Assembly (NCBI GenBank): GCA_045863295.1
Contig: BTWA01000014.1
Location: 1 to 64,000, forward strand
Direction of reading: 5' to 3'
DNA length: 64,000 nucleotides
Source of the DNA: Candidatus Hydrogenedentota bacterium
GTDB taxonomy: Bacteria; Hydrogenedentota; Hydrogenedentia; Hydrogenedentales; SLHB01
The position numbers and the translations under genes are program-made. Of the stretch, positions 58,744-64,000 are shown in pieces (the stretch's first letter is position 1; the number at the start of each line of letters is the position of its first letter). Under the pieces are notes generated by a model, which had not been told where the DNA came from, made no database searches, and saw only the letters and a program-made list of their open reading frames with translations.

Positions 58744-58815
58744 CACTGGACAGAAGACGGGGGACCACATCCTACGGTTGTGGAACACCTTGGGCTTTAG
58801 ACAGGAGACACGTAT

Positions 58816-61800
58816 TTGCGCAACGCCATCAATTGTACTTTACGCGAATACCGTATCGGCCGCTCCCTGGTCTGCGCTACGCTGCTGGCCTTGATTGTTT
58901 TACCCAAGGGGTTCGCCGTGGGCCTTACGGACGAGCGAGCTTATGAAGTGCGTCCGGTACGCCTCCACCCGGAATCGAACAACAACTCTCTCTACTACGA
59001 GATGGCGGACTTCGACCAAGGCCTCTGGTTCGTGGGAGACGAAGGTTCTGGCACCCTTCGTAAGAGCGATGGTTCATATTACGGAACCGTTCAGTTGCGC
59101 GACCAGAACAATAATTTTGTACAGGGTGGCCCTCGGTACCTGACTCCTGGCGGCAACGAGAAGCTCTTTTTCAATGCCGACCGCAACAGTTGGGGGCGTG
59201 AACTCTGGTTTTACGACATCACCGATCCTGACGATCCCCAATTCACCGCTCTTGAAAGCTGGAATGACGGAAGTAGCGATCCCAGAGAACTCACTTGGGT
59301 TGGGGACACTCTGTTTTACACCGCGCGCCAACACAGCGGATCAGAGCCCGCCCGCATTGTCTGCCGCACCAGCGGCGCGAATGTGGTCAAGACCCCGAAC
59401 ATTTGGGTCGATGACTACTTGCAAGGGACTACAGCGACTGGATTTCGCGGCGCCTTGTTCAGCCAGAACACGACCAATGCGGTTTTTTTCCGGGGATTCG
59501 AGACCGCCACCGGTCACGAACTGAGATATGCCACCGTCTGGGGCGATTTTGCCACCTATGATCTCAATCCCGGTACCGGCGATGGATGGCCAACCTTCAT
59601 AACGGGGTTCTCAAACAGGCCCTATTTTCTCGGATATCATCCGACGTACGGTAACGAACTCTTCACGATTTTCAACGTGAATATTGGTCCCGCGATTTAT
59701 GCCGATACGATACCCGGGCCGTCAAACAGCAATCCCTGGCAACTGACCGTGGGTGGGGGATACCTGTACTACGCGGCCGCGTCCACAGTCAGTACGGGAG
59801 ACCTTTACAGAACTAATGACGGCGGCACCACAAAACTTACCGGGGTCAATTCCTCGTCGAATGACCCCAACAACAATCGTGATCCGCAACAGCTTGTCTA
59901 CCACGGAAACAAGCTGTGGTATGAGGCAACCCACAATACCAACGGAAATCGGTATCTGTATCGTATGGCGGATCTCTCGTTCATCGGTTTTGCAGGATCG
60001 GCTCACCCTGAACTGAAAAATCCAAAATACCTGACCCCGCTCGGGTCCTATCTTTACTGCGTAGCTACCGGCGAGAATGGCCGCCGAATATACAGGATAA
60101 ATACATCGAACGATGCTGTTACCTATGTCCGATTGCGAGACGGAGATGTCGACTACAATCCCTATGACCTCAAAGTGGCCAACGGCGTTCTCTACTTCAA
60201 GGGAAAGCGATCCACGGATCCATGGCCGACCCTATTCGCTGTACATACCGATACCACGGCGCCGTCCATCGATTATATTGACCAGCAATCGCCCGTCAAC
60301 AGCAATCTGACTACAGTAACCTATCGCGTGAGATTTAGTGAGTTAGTAGCCGATTTGACGGTAAACAACTTTTCCCTGCTTAGTAACGACATTCAAGGGG
60401 CCGGGATTTCCGGGATTCGCCTGTACAGCACTGGCGACCCCTACAACAGGGAAACCTACGCGCAAACATTCCTGGTGGATGTTCAAACAGGATCAAATTC
60501 CGGCACCCTGCAACTAATCCTCGACGATACGCCCCAGATCAGGGACAAACGGAATAACTTTTATACGGGAACCAATACAGGACCTGTCTACACCCTCGAC
60601 AAGGTGCTTCCGGCCGTGGAGAGTATAACGCCTGCGACCGATCAGCAAACCCAGGAGTCACAACTGACTTTCGGCGTTCAGTTCTCTGAAAACGTGAAGG
60701 ACGTGGACGCAGGCGATTTCCAATTGACTTTCGGCGGCGGACTCAACGGCAGCATCGGATCGGTGACTTCTGCCTCTGGAAACGCTCTAGACAAAAATTG
60801 GACCATTGTCGTCAATACCGGTGGAAGCGGAACGGTGTTGCTGGCTGTGAGTTCAACCAATAACATAAAAGATGCAGTCAATAATGCACTCGCAGGTACG
60901 GGAACCAGTGCCATCTATACAGTAGACAAGGACAATCCCGTCATCACCGTCGAAGGACCCAGTGTAGACGTCGTATCTGACCAGGATTCGGTAAATTGGC
61001 TACTCACGTACGAAGGAGCCACGGACGTAACGCTGGACGCCGATCTACATCTTCAGTTGGTTTCCATTAATCCATCCGGCGGCTGTACTGCCAGCAGCAT
61101 TGTCATCGAGGAAGTCAGCGATTCGCAATACAGGGTGACGCTGAGCGATTTTAGTGGCAGGGGACAGCTCGGATTCGACATTGCGGCGGGTTCCGCGGTT
61201 GATGGCGTGGGCAATCCTGCGCTTCCATTCTCAATGCCTGGGGCACAATTCGTGCGAGTGGACAACCGCATTGAAACTCAACTGGAATTACTTCCGCCGC
61301 AGCCCGCTCAGTTGCCATTCGGCGAGACGGTCACGCTCTCAGGAAATCTGGATGTAGGCGCATTGCCAATTACGTTTATCGTCGTGAACAGGCCTCCCGG
61401 CAGCCTTGCCGGACCGGAAGGCGTCAGCGCCGATGCGAATGGAGATTTCCTGCGAAGTTTTGCGCCTGACGCCGCGGGCACATGGACTATTCGCGCGGAA
61501 TTTCAAGCCGATCTGCTGGGAAATCAGGATTACCAGCCGGCGGTGAGCAATGACATCACGTTTACGGTCGTGAAAACCGATCCGCTTCTGAATATCTCCC
61601 TTTCGCACACGTCAGTTCCAGTCGGATTCGATGGTCTTCATGTTACAGGTTCGGTGCAGGGCAACATTAAAGACGTGCTCAAGTCCGCGCCGTTTTTCGT
61701 CCTGCAGGGATTGCCCGTTGAATTGACAATTCGCTTCCCTAATGGAACGACGCCACTTGCGACCTTGTCCACATTCACCACAGCCACTGGTTCGTTTGAA

Positions 61801-64000
61801 TTTGATGACGAAGCGATTGAGGCTGCATTTGATTCACATCCAGATCCGCAGTTGCGGGATTCATTCAAATTGGGTGGTACGTATCAATTCCGAGCGGAAT
61901 TCCTGGGTAACCAAAATCTACTGCGTGCTTCCTCACCGCCATTCATGCGTCCTGAAACGCCAAAACTCGTCGTCAAAGACGGAGCCGGCTATGCGATCTT
62001 GATCCATGGCAGGCTAGACGGGGTAGGCGAAGGTATGAAAGAACACGCGAAAACGCTGGATTTTGTATATCGGACCCTTCGCAATCGCGGGTTTTCCGAC
62101 ATGGACCCGAACAACAATCCCAGCGAAGCCGACAACCACATCTTCTATTTGCGTGATACGAGCGAGAAATCCACACCGCTACCCGGCGACATATTCGTCG
62201 ATGTGGAGACGCCGGAAAAAGAGGCGGTGCGGAACGCTATTGTCCAATGGGCGCGCGACAAAATCGACTTGGCTCCAGCACCGTTATACATAATATTCGT
62301 GGATCATGGAGGAAAAGAAGGTAAATTCTTCACCTACCGGGACAGCTACGATACGAGTTGGTTTATCACACCAGATGAATTGAATTCATGGCTCACTACC
62401 GCGCAGACACCGAAAACGCCTATGAAAAACACTACGGAAGTCCCACCCGTCTTTGTGGTCATGGGGGCCTGCTACTCTGGCGAGTTCGCGGGCTCAATTG
62501 CCGGTCCCAACCGGACCATCATTACCAGTTGTCGCGACATCGAAATTTCGCACCGCGGCGTGAAGGACCCCGACGACGAGATTCGTGACGGCGAAATGTT
62601 TGTAACCGAGTTGTTTCGCGGTTTGGGCGAGGGCAGGACACTCCATAGCTCCTTTGTCACGGCCTCTCAATCAGTACAAGACCTGATTGCTACACGCCAT
62701 ACAAACAGTGGAAATGGGGAAGGCGGTGCGGCTACGCAGATTCCACTGCTGAACGACAACGGCGATTCGATTGCGACACCCGCCGAGTTCCTCTCTCTGG
62801 TGCCAGGAGAGGACGGCGGCAAAGCACATGAAACGTTGCTCGGTATAGGCAGTAACGCTGGGGCAGCTGGAGTTTCGCTGGTGCGCGTGAGCCCGCCCAT
62901 AACCCTGTCTGGGAACCCGCTGGCAGACCCGTCGCCGCAAGTATTCGCCATAGTAGATGAAGTGATGGCGCCAGGTGATCAGGCATGGGTTGAAGTAAAG
63001 ACGCCGGACTACGAAAAGGGTGAAGTGTCGGGCCAAGGGGACTCCGACAACGAGAATATCGACTATACCGAGTTCCAGCAGCACGTGGACCTCGGTCAGG
63101 CGATTCCGCGTCAGGCGGTTGTTCCAGTCGATCCCAACGGCGATCCCAATGATTTGCGCCGCTTGGAATGGAACGATTTTGGCACGCTGTTTCAAGAACC
63201 CGGCACATACAGTGTGTATTACTACGTCAAAGATGCGGGCACCGGTCAGATTGGGGCGTACCTGCTCACCACCGTCCGGCGATTGCTCCCCGATGATTCG
63301 GAAAACTCGCCCCCGCTGCCGGTGGAACTCGTAACACCTGCCGACAATATCTTGCTCTCGACGCCGATATTCTTCGCATGGAATCCGTCGACTGATCCCG
63401 ACCAACATGCAATCACCTACCGGATCGAGATCTCGCCAGACGGCTCATTTGCTCCCGAAACGACTATTTACGCATACGAATTGCAGACTCCGTTCGTGAC
63501 CCTCGATCTCGACGATGGGCTTTCGGACGGTGAAACCTACACGTGGCGCGTCGTCGCAATCGACCAGTTTGGCGCCGAGTCGGACAATAACCCCTTGGGT
63601 CATTTCACCATCGACAACAACAATCCGTCCGTTCCCGGCCGGATTATCGGATACGTGCTGGATACCGCGGGCGGTCCGATTGCCGGTGCCAACGTCGTGA
63701 TCACCGGTACAGGCGTCAACGCCACCTTGACAACAAACGTGTCTGGCATGTTTGTTACCCCCGATTTGGATCCCAACCGTTCCTACAATCTGCAGCCATC
63801 CAAAAATGGATTCCAACCCGGTCTCACCACGCTGGTGACGGTCTTCCCAGGACAAACAGCGACGATTCCGCCGTTCGTGCTTGTACCGTCCACCGGCACC
63901 GCAAGCATAAACGTGGAACCAAACAATGCAAGTATCCTGGATGCCCAGTGGACGCTTACGCCAACGGGCGGCACGCCGGGTTCGCCACAGAATCGCAAGG
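58816..64000 (+). CDS. Giant secreted multidomain protein (>1728 aa, runs off the window): ELWxxDGT-like propeller, Ig-like domains, clan CD (C13-like) cysteine peptidase, Fn3-like and carboxypeptidase-regulatory-like domains
   Basis: Hand translation: TTG start with AGGAG RBS, no in-frame stop seen to the window end, signal peptide, GRELWFYD / SDPRELT / YGNELF, DTTAP..RFSE Ig repeats, YIIFVDHG and VMGACYSG. Confidence 0.88.
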   Translation, partial: MRNAINCTLREYRIGRSLVCATLLALIVLPKGFAVGLTDERAYEVRPVRLHPESNNNSLYYEMADFDQGLWFVGDEGSGTLRKSDGSYYGTVQLRDQNNNFVQGGPRYLTPGGNEKLFFNADRNSWGRELWFYDITDPDDPQFTALESWNDGSSDPRELTWVGDTLFYTARQHSGSEPARIVCRTSGANVVKTPNIWVDDYLQGTTATGFRGALFSQNTTNAVFFRGFETATGHELRYATVWGDFATYDLNPGTGDGWPTFITGFSNRPYFLGYHPTYGNELFTIFNVNIGPAIYADTIPGPSNSNPWQLTVGGGYLYYAAASTVSTGDLYRTNDGGTTKLTGVNSSSNDPNNNRDPQQLVYHGNKLWYEATHNTNGNRYLYRMADLSFIGFAGSAHPELKNPKYLTPLGSYLYCVATGENGRRIYRINTSNDAVTYVRLRDGDVDYNPYDLKVANGVLYFKGKRSTDPWPTLFAVHTDTTAPSIDYIDQQSPVNSNLTTVTYRVRFSELVADLTVNNFSLLSNDIQGAGISGIRLYSTGDPYNRETYAQTFLVDVQTGSNSGTLQLILDDTPQIRDKRNNFYTGTNTGPVYTLDKVLPAVESITPATDQQTQESQLTFGVQFSENVKDVDAGDFQLTFGGGLNGSIGSVTSASGNALDKNWTIVVNTGGSGTVLLAVSSTNNIKDAVNNALAGTGTSAIYTVDKDNPVITVEGPSVDVVSDQDSVNWLLTYEGATDVTLDADLHLQLVSINPSGGCTASSIVIEEVSDSQYRVTLSDFSGRGQLGFDIAAGSAVDGVGNPALPFSMPGAQFVRVDNRIETQLELLPPQPAQLPFGETVTLSGNLDVGALPITFIVVNRPPGSLAGPEGVSADANGDFLRSFAPDAAGTWTIRAEFQADLLGNQDYQPAVSNDITFTVVKTDPLLNISLSHTSVPVGFDGLHVTGSVQGNIKDVLKSAPFFVLQGLPVELTIRFPNGTTPLATLSTFTTATGSFEFDDEAIEAAFDSHPDPQLRDSFKLGGTYQFRAEFLGNQNLLRASSPPFMRPETPKLVVKDGAGYAILIHGRLDGVGEGMKEHAKTLDFVYRTLRNRGFSDMDPNNNPSEADNHIFYLRDTSEKSTPLPGDIFVDVETPEKEAVRNAIVQWARDKIDLAPAPLYIIFVDHGGKEGKFFTYRDSYDTSWFITPDELNSWLTTAQTPKTPMKNTTEVPPVFVVMGACYSGEFAGSIAGPNRTIITSCRDIEISHRGVKDPDDEIRDGEMFVTELFRGLGEGRTLHSSFVTASQSVQDLIATRHTNSGNGEGGAATQIPLLNDNGDSIATPAEFLSLVPGEDGGKAHETLLGIGSNAGAAGVSLVRVSPPITLSGNPLADPSPQVFAIVDEVMAPGDQAWVEVKTPDYEKGEVSGQGDSDNENIDYTEFQQHVDLGQAIPRQAVVPVDPNGDPNDLRRLEWNDFGTLFQEPGTYSVYYYVKDAGTGQIGAYLLTTVRRLLPDDSENSPPLPVELVTPADNILLSTPIFFAWNPSTDPDQHAITYRIEISPDGSFAPETTIYAYELQTPFVTLDLDDGLSDGETYTWRVVAIDQFGAESDNNPLGHFTIDNNNPSVPGRIIGYVLDTAGGPIAGANVVITGTGVNATLTTNVSGMFVTPDLDPNRSYNLQPSKNGFQPGLTTLVTVFPGQTATIPPFVLVPSTGTASINVEPNNASILDAQWTLTPTGGTPGSPQNRK

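Noticed and set aside
58700..63998. Many short ORFs listed at the end of the window, suggesting a gene-poor or pseudogene region
   Set aside because: All are off-frame or antisense to the single open frame starting at 58816.
1..64000. CRISPR arrays, tRNA/rRNA, transposases, prophage or defence genes
   Set aside because: No repeat-spacer arrays, cloverleaf or rRNA signatures, or matching protein motifs were seen by eye.

Overview
Bacterial chromosomal window, moderately GC-rich, with almost all genes on the + strand. Gene content (DUF1559 pilin, Bat operon, exosortase, many secreted propeller proteins) suggests a diderm of the PVC/Hydrogenedentota type; this is inference only. In order: ppnP; two large secreted proteins of unknown function with a candidate antisense sRNA between them; a ~17.5 kb Wzx/Wzy exopolysaccharide plus exosortase-EpsI operon headed by a receiver-less sigma54 activator; three secreted hydrolase/propeller genes; a methyltransferase; an ECF sigma/anti-sigma pair leading a secretin-less T2SS/T4P-like module (two PilC/GspF, one short ATPase, four pilins); an epimerase; a hybrid histidine kinase convergent with a REC-HD-GYP protein; a MoxR-DUF58-BatA-E operon coupled to glnD and degP; DUF2752; a REC-PAS-GGDEF cyclase; an AEC transporter; and a >1700-aa secreted protein missing from the ORF track (ELWxxDGT-like propeller, Ig-like domains, clan CD/C13-like cysteine protease) behind a consensus sigma54 promoter. 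Two diverged copies of a ~180-205 bp inverted-repeat element lie 16 kb apart. No rRNA, tRNA, CRISPR array or transposase was seen.
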